From positions 1-42,520 of IMG/VR virus record IMGVR_UViG_3300033076_000628: a stretch of 42,520 nucleotides of DNA; one strand, given 5' to 3'. Numbering within the stretch: position 1 is the stretch's first letter; every line of letters starts with the position of its first letter. The position numbers were made by a program, and so were the translations under genes. Positions 27,779 through 37,298 of the stretch are shown one piece after another. Below the pieces are notes generated by a model. It was not told where the DNA came from and ran no database searches. It was given only the letters and a program-made list of their open reading frames with translations. The stretch is from a virus. Its lineage: Duplodnaviria > Caudoviricetes.

Positions 27779-28711
27779 TTAGGAAGAACCCGCACTGCCC
27801 CAAGCTCCGAGAGGATCACTCCAGCCAAAGCTGTACCGCTCACGACTTTTATATCTTACATTCCCTGTATCAAAATCACCATCCATGGAGTTCGCCAGAG
27901 GCGTACGCACGAAGTGCTTCAGACCGTTGGGAACGTCGGTCAACAGGAACCAAGCATTGCTGTCGGTCAAGAAGTGGTTAACCACGTAGCCTTCAGGAAC
28001 AACGCCCATGTTCACGATTGCGGAGATGTCGTTGTCTGTAGTGCCGGTACGCAACTGGGTCTTCATCAGACGTTCAGCCACGAACTGCAGTGCAGGAGGA
28101 ACGATCATCTTGCGAGGTTTAGCCGCGATCAGCAGACCGCGCTCATCAGTCCATGCGGCAATCTGAATCACTGCGTTTTCCAACGAAGTTTCGTTCAGAT
28201 CCACACCAGTGGTAGGACTGTTGTAGTTCACACCGCCGCTAACCAGCGGGTGTCCGACGCGAGAACCACCAGAATTGACTCCAAACAAAGAAACACCGTC
28301 GCCGCCCAGATAAGAGCCGCTAAAGCCGTTGTTGATGACGCCAGCACCTTTAACCTGTTTGGTGTACGCCATTGCGCGGGCCAGAGCCTTTGTATAGCGT
28401 GCAGACAGACTATCGTACAGGTTGTCTTCAATTGCTTCCTCAGTGATCGCAAAACCTTGTGCAATTGTTTCATGGGTGTAGCGAGCGGTGAATGCTTCTT
28501 GTGCATTATCGTACGCAATACCTGCGCCTTCATTCTTGACAGGCGCTGCTTGAAAACCAGACAGTTTGGTTTCTTCTTCAAAGGAACGTTCAGATTTTTC
28601 AATCTCGTACAACTCTTTATGCTCTTCGCCGTAGCGAGCATATTCCATGCCAAACAAGGCGTTAAGTCCGGGGAGCAGCTCTTTGAGTAGCTGCGAACGT
28701 GAAATTGCCAT
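27779..28711 (-). CDS. major capsid protein (HK97 fold)
   Basis: 310 aa; MAISRSQLLKEL.PGLN, KNEG, LIAAKPRKMIVPP, RERYSFGWSD; strong RBS; followed by a terminator. Confidence 0.92.
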   Translation of the reverse strand: MAISRSQLLKELLPGLNALFGMEYARYGEEHKELYEIEKSERSFEEETKLSGFQAAPVKNEGAGIAYDNAQEAFTARYTHETIAQGFAITEEAIEDNLYDSLSARYTKALARAMAYTKQVKGAGVINNGFSGSYLGGDGVSLFGVNSGGSRVGHPLVSGGVNYNSPTTGVDLNETSLENAVIQIAAWTDERGLLIAAKPRKMIVPPALQFVAERLMKTQLRTGTTDNDISAIVNMGVVPEGYVVNHFLTDSNAWFLLTDVPNGLKHFVRTPLANSMDGDFDTGNVRYKSRERYSFGWSDPLGAWGSAGSS

Positions 28712-28737
28712 TTTGTGTTACTCCTTGTAAAACGGAC

Positions 28738-29397
28738 TTAGACGCCCAGTGGGTTTGTGTAGGAATGTACGCCTACGTTAAACTTCACCAGGAATTCGGG
28801 GTATGTGTCACCTTCGGTGCCGCGCACAACATCGACAATTCGCATTGCCAAAGTAGTAGTAGCTGCCAGAGATGCACCGTTGCTGCCCACAACCAGATTC
28901 ATGGTAGACAAACCAGTTGTTGCAGAACCGCCGAAATTACCCAAAGCCGCATTCTTGCCAACTGCACCAGGCCAGCCAGAGCCGCCAGTACCGCTGTTGA
29001 ATGTGCCAAGAGCCGCAGAACCTTGGATCTGGAACAGACCATCGTAGTCTTCGTAGACCTGCACCCAGATGTCGGTGTAACCGGCAGTGGTTGCATTGAT
29101 TGGCAGTGTTTGCGCCCACAAGGACTGCTTAGTAGCAGGGCTCACGAAACGCACGCCAGCACAAACGCCCACGATTCCGGGAGTTGCGTCCGCGGAAGTT
29201 GCAGGAATTTTGATAGCTACAGGGGACGATGCCACAGTAGCAGGCAGACCAGCGGAAGACAAAACGATAAGACCGCCTGTATAGAACGCTGTAGTATCAG
29301 CAGCAACCTTGAACTCTCGGATTGCGCTGTTGTTGTTGGACTGTGAACCAATCAAATTGACGGGTTTCAGGCCATAGGGGGAAGCTACACTAGCCAT
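28738..29397 (-). CDS. capsid-associated (cement/decoration) protein
   Basis: SPYGLKPV start, Gly/Thr-rich; directly upstream of the major capsid gene. Confidence 0.65.
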   Translation of the reverse strand: MASVASPYGLKPVNLIGSQSNNNSAIREFKVAADTTAFYTGGLIVLSSAGLPATVASSPVAIKIPATSADATPGIVGVCAGVRFVSPATKQSLWAQTLPINATTAGYTDIWVQVYEDYDGLFQIQGSAALGTFNSGTGGSGWPGAVGKNAALGNFGGSATTGLSTMNLVVGSNGASLAATTTLAMRIVDVVRGTEGDTYPEFLVKFNVGVHSYTNPLGV

Positions 29398-29410
29398 TTA
29401 TTACTCCTTG

Positions 29411-29863
29411 TTACTTTGAACCAGAACCAAAATTCGCGCCGCGACTGGTCGATGACTTGCGATCACTGAACAACGGCATACGCGGATCATTTTGCTTCAT
29501 GAAGCTATTGTCAACTGAGTCCATCTGGTTCTGCGCTTGTTTGTTGTAGTACGCATCGCGTGCTTTTGCCATTTCGGTGGGCATTTTGCATAGCATCAGG
29601 CCACCTATTTCAACATTACCGGATTCTGGACTACCAAACATTTGCAGCTCTGGGTGATCCTCAATCTTCACCGGCACCCAACCTTCGCGCATCTTGCGAG
29701 ACACATTGGTTGGATCTGCTTGCCCCAATACGTGTGTTGCAATCCAACGGAACACGTACCCTTTAATGGGAGTTGGGTCAGGCAGATTTGTCGGTGGGAC
29801 ATACACTGCACGAGCTTGTTTTTCGCGCGAAGTTAATTCACGAGGGGTGCGATCTTCAGTCAT
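29411..29863 (-). CDS. conserved head-module protein
   Basis: GYVFRWI...REGWVPV...IGGLMLCKMP. Confidence 0.7.
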   Translation of the reverse strand: MTEDRTPRELTSREKQARAVYVPPTNLPDPTPIKGYVFRWIATHVLGQADPTNVSRKMREGWVPVKIEDHPELQMFGSPESGNVEIGGLMLCKMPTEMAKARDAYYNKQAQNQMDSVDNSFMKQNDPRMPLFSDRKSSTSRGANFGSGSK

Positions 29864-30812
29864 TTGAGTTCTCCAATTTTGCTACTTGTGCAGCGTATTG
29901 CTGCGGGGTCAATCCAAATCGTTGCGCCAGTGCTACTTGCGTGGCGGTGAGTTGAATCTTTTTTACTCCTGTCGAACGGGTCGCAGGAGCTACTACGGAA
30001 GTGGGTTTTTTGGAGGACTCTTTTGTCTGCTGTCGCTCCACTGTCCCGAATACTTCCGGGAAAGTGGCTTTCATGCGAGCATCAATCTGCTCGAAGTACT
30101 CGTCGGACCCCGGCTCAACGCCGGAACGAGCCAACTTGTTGTGCAGCCCCCTAGCGAAGCTGGTGTATTCTTCAAACCCATCCGCCTCAAACCACTGGTT
30201 TCGTGCTTGCCAGCGCAGTGTCTTTTCGTCCGGTTTTATCGCAGCGGGTTTACTTAGCTCCGGTTTTACCTCATCCTGTTGCGTTTGTAAAGAGGTTGGA
30301 CGAAATTTCTTTGCTTCACTGGCTTCGATCTTGGCATCGAACAACGCATCTTGCGCTGCAACAATTGCTTCCGTATCAAACGAATCCTGTGCTTCCTTCA
30401 GCGCGCGCTTGGCTTTCTCTACCTTTGTTTCGGCCAGTGTCTGTGCCTGCTCCACAAACTGCTTGCTGCCAGTGTCCACATACCCGCGCAGCTGTTGGTT
30501 TTCCTTGAGCAGTTGCTGCGCCATACGCTCAAGCTCGGCCTTTTCCCGCTCCACCTTTTCCTTCTGGCGGCGCTCATCGTGCTTTGCGTGGGTGATGTCT
30601 TTGATCCGCTTCTGTACTTTCTCAGAATACGTCTCCAGCTCCGCATCGTCAGGGTCTGCAACTTCCCGATCCAGTGGTTTACGCCCTTGGTCTTCTACAG
30701 GCGTGTCGTCCAGGACTTCGATTTCAAACTCTTCGTCCTTTTTGTCTTGCCCAGAAGCAGCCTTTTTTGCTTCTACTTCGTCTGGAAATTCAAATTCGTC
30801 TTTTGTTTGCAT
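29856..30812 (-). CDS. capsid scaffolding protein
   Basis: Acidic N-terminus, long coiled coil, W..RN.WF, C-terminal LT..QVALA..FGL...YA. Confidence 0.75.
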   Translation of the reverse strand: MQTKDEFEFPDEVEAKKAASGQDKKDEEFEIEVLDDTPVEDQGRKPLDREVADPDDAELETYSEKVQKRIKDITHAKHDERRQKEKVEREKAELERMAQQLLKENQQLRGYVDTGSKQFVEQAQTLAETKVEKAKRALKEAQDSFDTEAIVAAQDALFDAKIEASEAKKFRPTSLQTQQDEVKPELSKPAAIKPDEKTLRWQARNQWFEADGFEEYTSFARGLHNKLARSGVEPGSDEYFEQIDARMKATFPEVFGTVERQQTKESSKKPTSVVAPATRSTGVKKIQLTATQVALAQRFGLTPQQYAAQVAKLENSND

Positions 30813-30813
30813 A

Positions 30814-31251
30814 TCAAGCTCCTACTCGTGTAATACCGCGGGGGTCGTCTACGACGGCTTCCACCATATCGTCGTTGATCAGCCGCATCTCCTTGCCAAA
30901 AATGCTGAATCGTGTGCCGGAGTATGTGCGTACCAAGATAAAGTCCCCGACTTTGCACCAAGGACTACTGAATTTCTTCTCATCCTTGTATGCTTCTGGC
31001 CCCATTGCGAGGACAAACAGCACTGCGGTGGCGTGCTCCTCCTGTCGGATGTAAGAATCTGGTCGCACAATGCCTGAATCCCCAAACGTCTCTGCCACTT
31101 CCGGTAGTGCGCAAAGCAATTTGTAGCCTTGCGGTCGTGGCAAATACTTGCCTTTTTCCACATCGGTAACGCCTTCTTCCGGCGCATCTTGCGGTTGGAT
31201 TGTCTCTGGCAAAGCCAGCCCCGGAGGGAGGATGATATTACTCGTCGTCAT
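30814..31251 (-). CDS. GroES/Cpn10-like co-chaperonin
   Basis: PQGYKLL, SGIV loop, VLAMGP, CKVGDFIL..YSGT, RLINDD.V.AVV. Confidence 0.85.
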   Translation of the reverse strand: MTTSNIILPPGLALPETIQPQDAPEEGVTDVEKGKYLPRPQGYKLLCALPEVAETFGDSGIVRPDSYIRQEEHATAVLFVLAMGPEAYKDEKKFSSPWCKVGDFILVRTYSGTRFSIFGKEMRLINDDMVEAVVDDPRGITRVGA

Positions 31252-31435
31252 CAGTAGTAGCTTTCTGTAGTAGCGCGGCCAAGTGTTTCTCTGCAAGCGC
31301 TAGGCCGTGAATCACGCCGCAAAGTTTTTGATACTCGTCAAACGAACGGCAGTTTCCGTTCGCCATATCATCTGCATAGTTGTTCATATCCGTGCGGATA
31401 TCTTTTTTTAGTGCTGTAGCAAATTCTTTAATCAT
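31238..31435 (-). CDS. small conserved protein after the portal
   Basis: SFDEYQKLCGVIHGL; ATGA overlap with the portal stop. Confidence 0.75.
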   Translation of the reverse strand: MIKEFATALKKDIRTDMNNYADDMANGNCRSFDEYQKLCGVIHGLALAEKHLAALLQKATTDDDE

Positions 31436-33861
31436 GTCTTCTCCTTACCTTGTGTTTTAGCCTGTCGTTGTACCGAAAGCTGATTTTGATGTTTGGCCGC
31501 ATCAACGCCGATCTGCACACCCGCGCGCATCTGTTCTGCGGCCAACCGCTTCTCGTCCAATTCTTTCTTGTTTGCCAGTGCTTGTTGCTCCAACTCAATT
31601 TGATCCGCCTTAGCAGCCAAGTCACCAATAACCTTCTTCTCTTTGATTGCCAACTCCTTGTCCCGCTGCTCTGCTTCCTTCTGCTGCAACTGCAGCACAG
31701 GATCTTGGGCTTGTTGTGCGGCTTGCTGTTGTGCAACCTTTTGCTGGCTCTGCTGCAGCACTTGCTGTCCGGCTTGCGCCATCATCTGGGACAGACGGAA
31801 CTCGATCTCCGGAGACATCGGGGTGTCATCGGACGCTTCTGGCAAAGCCATGCCTAGCTGCTGCTCAATCTTCTGACGGTACGCAAACCCTACGTGCTCC
31901 CCAATATGCGCCATCATGGCGGCTTGAATAGCGGGTGCGCGAGGGTTCTGACCCACCAACTGCATGATGATGGGGTCTTGCATAGCGGCCATATGTACCT
32001 GAATATGGGCTTCGTGGTTCTGGTACTGGAACGCCTTCAACGGCTCTCCTTTAAGGGCAGCCATGTTCTCCGACACGGGATCTTTAGGTTTCATGTCGTC
32101 CGGCAAAGGCAGAATTTTGTCCGCATTCTTAACGCCGAGAACGCCCAACATCTGTCTGTGCAACTGCGGCAAGTCGTAGATATCCGGAGCCATCTGCGCC
32201 ATCTGAATAACGGCCTGATATTGCACAACCCGTTGGCTCATTGTTGCCGCATTAGGGTCACTTACGGGTATGATGTCTACATGTTCGTAGTCTGTCTTCT
32301 TGGCATGACGGTTAACCTTCCCCTCTGGGTCATACTCATAGTCATCCTCCGTATAGTCGCGGATGATGTCAGCGAGTAGTCGCAGCTCTTGCTTCATGCT
32401 GTAGTGCATGCGGGCTTGTATTGCCGACATAACTTTGAGCTGGCGCTCCAACAACGCCAGTGTGGTACCTACAGGAGCCTGCGCGCTCATATCCGATACC
32501 TTCATATCCGCCGTAGCCGCGAAGCGACGGCCTTCCTCTACGATGGTACCCAGCAACTGAAACAATACATTGGACGGTTCTTTGTAAGGGAGCGGTAAGA
32601 TATTGTCGCGTAAAGCGCCTGAACCGATATCCACATCACGGAATTCGCCCGGAGCAATCGGTGTGTCGTCACCTTTGATCCGTAGCCCCCGCGACTTCAA
32701 TCCGCCGGGAAGATTAGACAGCGTGCCTGCATCGACCAATTGCCGCATGATAGACGTTGCACTTGTCGCGAAGCCGCCGATCAAATGGAATAAGCCAAAA
32801 CCGTATGCGCCGAATCCGGGTATGTACTGGTAGTGTACAAAATGTTGGCGTTTCAAACGTAGCGCATCGTCCGGATTCCAGTTACGTCTAATAGCCAGCA
32901 CCTCATTAGTGCCTCGCACAATAGTTACTACATACGGCAGCGCAATACCTTCTCCTTCACCCTCCACTTTAAAGGCATCGATGCCTTTAATGTCTAAGTC
33001 AACGTGGATCTCCAGCAAGATGTTGCGATCATCATTGATATCGCTAAAACCTGTTTCTTTGTCCTTTGCGTCTTGAATGTCGTCTTTTGTTTGCGTCGGG
33101 GCATCATCAATTAACACATCCCTGTAAAAGTCTGCGGCCTGTAGCTTGCGAATCTCATTGGCGGTCTTACGCATAACATGCGTTACGCGATAGCACGTAT
33201 CCATGTCTGTCGTGCCATAGGGCAAAATGATGTCTTCTGCAGGTACGAAAACGGAGGTTTGCCGCCCTAAACTGGGGTCAAAATACACTTTCTTGAACGC
33301 CGACCCTGTAGCTGGCAGACTCCAAAGCATGCGCTCATGCTCCGGGCGGTACTCACGCATCACATCTGTCAACTCGTAGTTCATGTCGTGCTCAACACGC
33401 GCAGCGGCCTCTACCTTGTCCGGCGTTTCTTTGCCGATGATTTTGGTACGTACTGGACCTGCGGCGGGGAACGACTCCGTGATGGACTCTGATTGGAACC
33501 TTACAACCGCTTCCGTTATCATCGGGTGAAACACGCCGCAAGCACCATCCCAAGGCTCCGTTCGCCGGTCGTACTTAAGTCCCAGTAGTTTAAGCCCGTC
33601 TACGTACGCGCGTTCCCAATCCTTGCGTGTTTCTTTGTCATCGTCTACGCATCCAACAAGCTCGCTTGCCAAAGACTGTAGATCGGACCCGGACATTTTC
33701 TCTGCAAGATTGGCACTGAACTCCCGCTCTTCCTGCGCCTCTTCCTCCGAAAACTCCCCCGCTTCCTCGTCAGGGATGATCTCTACCTCAATGGCTTCCG
33801 CAGGTATTTCTTCAAGGCCCACAGGGGCGCGATTCAGTGTTTTATCTATATTGGTTGCCAT
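31432..33861 (-). CDS. portal protein
   Basis: 809 aa after the terminase; EPWDGAC, GSAFKKVYFD, YGFGL, Gln-rich C-terminal helical extension. Confidence 0.9.
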   Translation of the reverse strand: MATNIDKTLNRAPVGLEEIPAEAIEVEIIPDEEAGEFSEEEAQEEREFSANLAEKMSGSDLQSLASELVGCVDDDKETRKDWERAYVDGLKLLGLKYDRRTEPWDGACGVFHPMITEAVVRFQSESITESFPAAGPVRTKIIGKETPDKVEAAARVEHDMNYELTDVMREYRPEHERMLWSLPATGSAFKKVYFDPSLGRQTSVFVPAEDIILPYGTTDMDTCYRVTHVMRKTANEIRKLQAADFYRDVLIDDAPTQTKDDIQDAKDKETGFSDINDDRNILLEIHVDLDIKGIDAFKVEGEGEGIALPYVVTIVRGTNEVLAIRRNWNPDDALRLKRQHFVHYQYIPGFGAYGFGLFHLIGGFATSATSIMRQLVDAGTLSNLPGGLKSRGLRIKGDDTPIAPGEFRDVDIGSGALRDNILPLPYKEPSNVLFQLLGTIVEEGRRFAATADMKVSDMSAQAPVGTTLALLERQLKVMSAIQARMHYSMKQELRLLADIIRDYTEDDYEYDPEGKVNRHAKKTDYEHVDIIPVSDPNAATMSQRVVQYQAVIQMAQMAPDIYDLPQLHRQMLGVLGVKNADKILPLPDDMKPKDPVSENMAALKGEPLKAFQYQNHEAHIQVHMAAMQDPIIMQLVGQNPRAPAIQAAMMAHIGEHVGFAYRQKIEQQLGMALPEASDDTPMSPEIEFRLSQMMAQAGQQVLQQSQQKVAQQQAAQQAQDPVLQLQQKEAEQRDKELAIKEKKVIGDLAAKADQIELEQQALANKKELDEKRLAAEQMRAGVQIGVDAAKHQNQLSVQRQAKTQGKEKT

Positions 33862-33875
33862 GACCTATGTCCTAT

Positions 33876-36299
33876 TCAGTAATACGTTGTACGGTGCCGT
33901 CTAAATAACTGCGGCTCATCTGGTTCATCAGAACTGAGGCGTATTAGACCACCTTGCCGAAAGCGCATCAATGCTTGGCTGCAGCAGTCCACATGCTCAT
34001 CGTGCTCCGAATTGGGAAACTCCGCTATCTGGTCAATCACTTCTTGTGCCCAGCGTGTCTCTGGAGCCCACACCATGCCGGATGAGAATATGTCCGCCAC
34101 TGAATTTATACGCACGCGCTTGTCCGCTCCGCGGCTAGGCGTGTACTCGTGGACTGGGAGTCCTGTTGCCCGCATCTCTTGTATCAGTGGGGCTCCTGCG
34201 GCCTTCTTTTCCACGATAACCATGTCAGGCTCCCACTCGCGGTAGTACTCAAAGGCGAACTTCTTGAGCTCCGGGAACTCCTTACGCCCTGTCCACGCAT
34301 CCAGCAAGATGAGCTGGTCCTGATTCTCTTCTTCATTGAACCAAATACCCCATGTGTGTACTGCACTTGGGTCCGCACTGTCATTCTTGCCGTGGGCGGT
34401 GTCCCAGGAGTGCAAAATAATGTCGCACTTTGGGGGTTTGGGTTTGTCCCACCTACGCCACCATTCGCGCTTTATAAGTGCGCCTTCCTCAGAGGTCGGC
34501 TCTTGCATATACTGCGCCGCCCAATACTGGGGTGCCATGCCTGCCTTCTTGGCTAACAGCTGCTCAATCGGCCACTGCTCCGGCCACAGACTTTTACCTG
34601 ACGGCATGATCGCCGGGAATCTAACCTCGTGCCAAGGAATACTGTCGGGGTTGTTCTCTGCCCAAGCCAGCGCGCGGCCAATGGGGTCTTTCTTCCCCCA
34701 GCGTGTGTTATGGCTGACTACACCGTTGGCAATGAAATTCTCTGTCCGCGCTACCTCAATGTCGAAAACAGCCTCGCAGCCGTCCTCTACTATCTCAACA
34801 ATCGCACTTGGCGTGGTAGCGTACGTACTCAGCAGCTGCACGCAGTCGCTGCTCCGTTTTTGCATACCCGATTGCCAAATTGCAGTGGTTGCAAAGCAGT
34901 CCTCGGATACGGTCAGTGTCGTGGCAGTGGTCAACGTACAGTTTTGGTTCCCGCCCGGCCCTTGTGTTTTCTCGCGTTGGGGGCTGCTTACAGATCGCGC
35001 ACCGCCCGTTTTGTTCGGCCAGCATACGTTGGTAGTCTTCTTCACCAATCCCATACCTGTGACGCAGATGCATATTGCGTTTTTGAGCTTCTGTAGGGCG
35101 GCGTTTACCTTCTTGCCAATACGCTTTGCCATAGCAGCTGTGGCAAAGTCCTGCGCACTTGACTGGCTGTTCGCAGCCTTCCGTAGCGCACGTGACTCCG
35201 CGCCACTTCCCCCAATGTCCGTTCCCGCGTTGGGTGCCTGTCCTGCCTGTTGCGTGCAGATGTCGCTTGTAGCAAACGGCACACAGTCCTTTTGCCTTGT
35301 ACGGTCGAACACACCCTTCGGTTGAACAACCTCTACCAAGCAGTCCCCCACTTTCAAGTCCCGCACTCTTACCCATGTCCGCACTCCTTCACGATCCACA
35401 AGAAACGGATGTCTCTTGTTTGCACGGACTATTTTACCGGAACTTGTTCTTATTTTGTAAACAAAATCAGCACGATGCTTAATCCAGTTTGTGACATGCG
35501 ACGTAGCGATAGCGCCGTTGTCGTAGGTGGCAATCTCGTCACCCGCAACGATATACTGCAACTCTTTCTCCGTGCCATCCGCCATCAGAACGCGTGTCTC
35601 GGCAGTCATACAACCGATCATAATAATACGACCACCGGGCATAAGCCGCTGCAAAGGACCTACCTGTAAGTAGTCAAAAGCGTTGGCAAAGGCTTTGTCT
35701 GGGTCTCCGGCCAAGACCGCCTGCTCAGATACTAAGTCATCCCCGATAAGCAAGTCCGCGCCACGGCCCGCTACAGAGCCGCCAATACCCACGGCAAGAT
35801 ACATGCCCCCCTTAGTCGTTGTCCAGTCCCCAGAAGCGCTTTTGTCTCGGGACACTACGGTGTCTGGAAAAATGTCACGGTATACCTGACTGTCTATCAA
35901 ATTGCGCACTTTGCGCCCGAAAGTGGCTGACAAGTCCGCCGTGTGCGTCACCATCATGATCTGGTGGTTCGGGTGCTTGCCCAAATACCAAGCCACATAC
36001 AGGTACGCCGTAAACTCGCTCTTGCCAAAACGTGGGGCCATCGAAACGGTAAGGCGGAGTTCTTCCCCTGCGCACACCTTGTGTAGTAATGGGCGCATAT
36101 GCCTGTGGTGCGGCCCCACTTTGAACTCCGGGTATACCCTGACACAGAATGCCAGAAAGTCCTCCCGGGCATTCGCAATACTTCGTTTTTCCTCAAGCTG
36201 CTCCAGATCGGCCAACAGCTTCTCCTTTTCCGCCACAGGCATGGCAGGAAGCGTTGCCAGCAACTGCGCTATTGTTTCCGGGGATAGGGAGTCAAGCAT
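33876..36299 (-). CDS. terL: terminase large subunit, intein-containing
   Basis: Walker A MAPRFGKS, Walker B LLIGDD, nuclease motifs SWDTA, VEKKAAG, HDEHVD. Confidence 0.95.
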   Translation of the reverse strand: MLDSLSPETIAQLLATLPAMPVAEKEKLLADLEQLEEKRSIANAREDFLAFCVRVYPEFKVGPHHRHMRPLLHKVCAGEELRLTVSMAPRFGKSEFTAYLYVAWYLGKHPNHQIMMVTHTADLSATFGRKVRNLIDSQVYRDIFPDTVVSRDKSASGDWTTTKGGMYLAVGIGGSVAGRGADLLIGDDLVSEQAVLAGDPDKAFANAFDYLQVGPLQRLMPGGRIIMIGCMTAETRVLMADGTEKELQYIVAGDEIATYDNGAIATSHVTNWIKHRADFVYKIRTSSGKIVRANKRHPFLVDREGVRTWVRVRDLKVGDCLVEVVQPKGVFDRTRQKDCVPFATSDICTQQAGQAPNAGTDIGGSGAESRALRKAANSQSSAQDFATAAMAKRIGKKVNAALQKLKNAICICVTGMGLVKKTTNVCWPNKTGGARSVSSPQREKTQGPGGNQNCTLTTATTLTVSEDCFATTAIWQSGMQKRSSDCVQLLSTYATTPSAIVEIVEDGCEAVFDIEVARTENFIANGVVSHNTRWGKKDPIGRALAWAENNPDSIPWHEVRFPAIMPSGKSLWPEQWPIEQLLAKKAGMAPQYWAAQYMQEPTSEEGALIKREWWRRWDKPKPPKCDIILHSWDTAHGKNDSADPSAVHTWGIWFNEEENQDQLILLDAWTGRKEFPELKKFAFEYYREWEPDMVIVEKKAAGAPLIQEMRATGLPVHEYTPSRGADKRVRINSVADIFSSGMVWAPETRWAQEVIDQIAEFPNSEHDEHVDCCSQALMRFRQGGLIRLSSDEPDEPQLFRRHRTTYY
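34707..35612 (-). mobile_element. intein (302 aa) in TerL
   Basis: Begins CMTAETRVLMADG, block B ANKRHPF, ends VFDIEV...NFIANGVVSHN then Thr; exteins rejoin as IIMIG|TRW. Confidence 0.95.
34795..35376 (-). CDS. endonuclease VII-type homing endonuclease in an alternative frame inside the intein
   Basis: RYGI...QNGRCAIC...VDHCH...IRGLLCNHCN; two N-terminal C-x4-C...GLC..C repeats; AAGGAG ends 8 nt before the ATG. Confidence 0.9.
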   Translation of the reverse strand: MGKSAGLESGGLLGRGCSTEGCVRPYKAKGLCAVCYKRHLHATGRTGTQRGNGHWGKWRGVTCATEGCEQPVKCAGLCHSCYGKAYWQEGKRRPTEAQKRNMHLRHRYGIGEEDYQRMLAEQNGRCAICKQPPTRENTRAGREPKLYVDHCHDTDRIRGLLCNHCNLAIGYAKTEQRLRAAAEYVRYHAKCDC

Positions 36300-36687
36300 A
36301 GTCGCAGCCCATCCTACGGGCAAATTCCGCCATCAGTTCTTGTGCAATCGACTGAATTGCGTATGCTTCTTGTTCCGTTCCGGGTGTGTGTTCACCTATA
36401 CGTTCTGCGTACGCTTGCCATATATGCACCGCCTCATGTACTAGTAATCCAGCTACTTCTATGGGGTTGCGTTTCTCGTAATCTGATAAAGCGACAATGC
36501 AGCAGTGTGCGCCTTTATTACTGTCCAGCATATGCACCGTAGCTTGACTATGTGCGTTTTTTACGTAAGCTTGACCTACAGCTACTCCCAGCTTTTTTAA
36601 CTCACGATCAAACTCTTCCTGACTTAATACCAAAGTCAAATAAGGTCCCGGAGCGGCAACACGACGGTCTCTCCACTTTGGTTTCAT
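36292..36687 (-). CDS. HExxH zincin-like small protein
   Basis: LLVHEAVHIWQ...EQEAY; lies between the two terminase genes. Confidence 0.65.
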   Translation of the reverse strand: MKPKWRDRRVAAPGPYLTLVLSQEEFDRELKKLGVAVGQAYVKNAHSQATVHMLDSNKGAHCCIVALSDYEKRNPIEVAGLLVHEAVHIWQAYAERIGEHTPGTEQEAYAIQSIAQELMAEFARRMGCDYA

Positions 36688-37238
36688 TCCTTACTCTCCA
36701 CATCCTGCACCACTTGAACAGGGGGAAGTAGGCTTGCCAGCTTTGCCTTGATGCGCTGCTCCAGCTCGTCCGCGGACTCGTTTTTATGTACCACTTCGGA
36801 ACGTTCTGTAAAACTTGCAACTTCGGTTAGCTTGCCTGTCAGCTCAAGTGCGCGCAGGCGTATGCGGGCGTCAGGGTGTTTGGTTTCTTCGAGTAGCTTG
36901 GCGACGACGTACCCGCGGATCTCTTTGGCTTGTTCGACAAACTCCCAGTCGTATTGGGACAGCATGCCCGCCAGATGGCGTACGGCTTCGGGAACCTTGA
37001 GCGCAAGGATTGCGCGGTTGCGTTCTACGTCTGTCTGTTCTGGGTTTGTTACCGCGGCGAATGCACGGCGTGCGGCGTATGCCTGATCTTCTTCAAGGAT
37101 GTGGTTAGGACTTCCTAGTGATTCTAGAAATTCTGCCGTCGATGCTTGACCGGCCAACAACTGTGCGGTGTCGGCACTTTTCAACTCAATAAAATCCTCC
37201 GCTTTCAGCGCGGTGATGTGTTCAAAGACGTTTCCCAT
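36684..37238 (-). CDS. terminase small subunit (putative)
   Basis: First late gene; helical; RLRALELTGK..VASF motif; RBS AAGGA. Confidence 0.65.
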   Translation of the reverse strand: MGNVFEHITALKAEDFIELKSADTAQLLAGQASTAEFLESLGSPNHILEEDQAYAARRAFAAVTNPEQTDVERNRAILALKVPEAVRHLAGMLSQYDWEFVEQAKEIRGYVVAKLLEETKHPDARIRLRALELTGKLTEVASFTERSEVVHKNESADELEQRIKAKLASLLPPVQVVQDVESKE

Positions 37239-37269
37239 TTTCCTTGCGCCGTAGGGTTGGCGTTGTTCT

Positions 37270-37298
37270 AGTGTACACTACGTTTGTCCTATCAGCAA
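37270..37298 (-). promoter_or_regulatory. late-operon sigma70-like promoter
   Basis: TTGCTG-N17-TACACT; the -10 lies in the perfect palindrome TAGTGTACACTA (37269-37280). Confidence 0.65.

Noticed and set aside
27914-31077. 258-, 215- and 358-aa + strand ORFs opposite the capsid and scaffold genes
   Set aside because: Antisense shadows caused by the codon bias of the real genes
34336-35325. 329-aa + strand ORF over the intein, a possible third coding layer
   Set aside because: Mirror frame of terL, no motif or RBS, and it extends beyond the intein boundary
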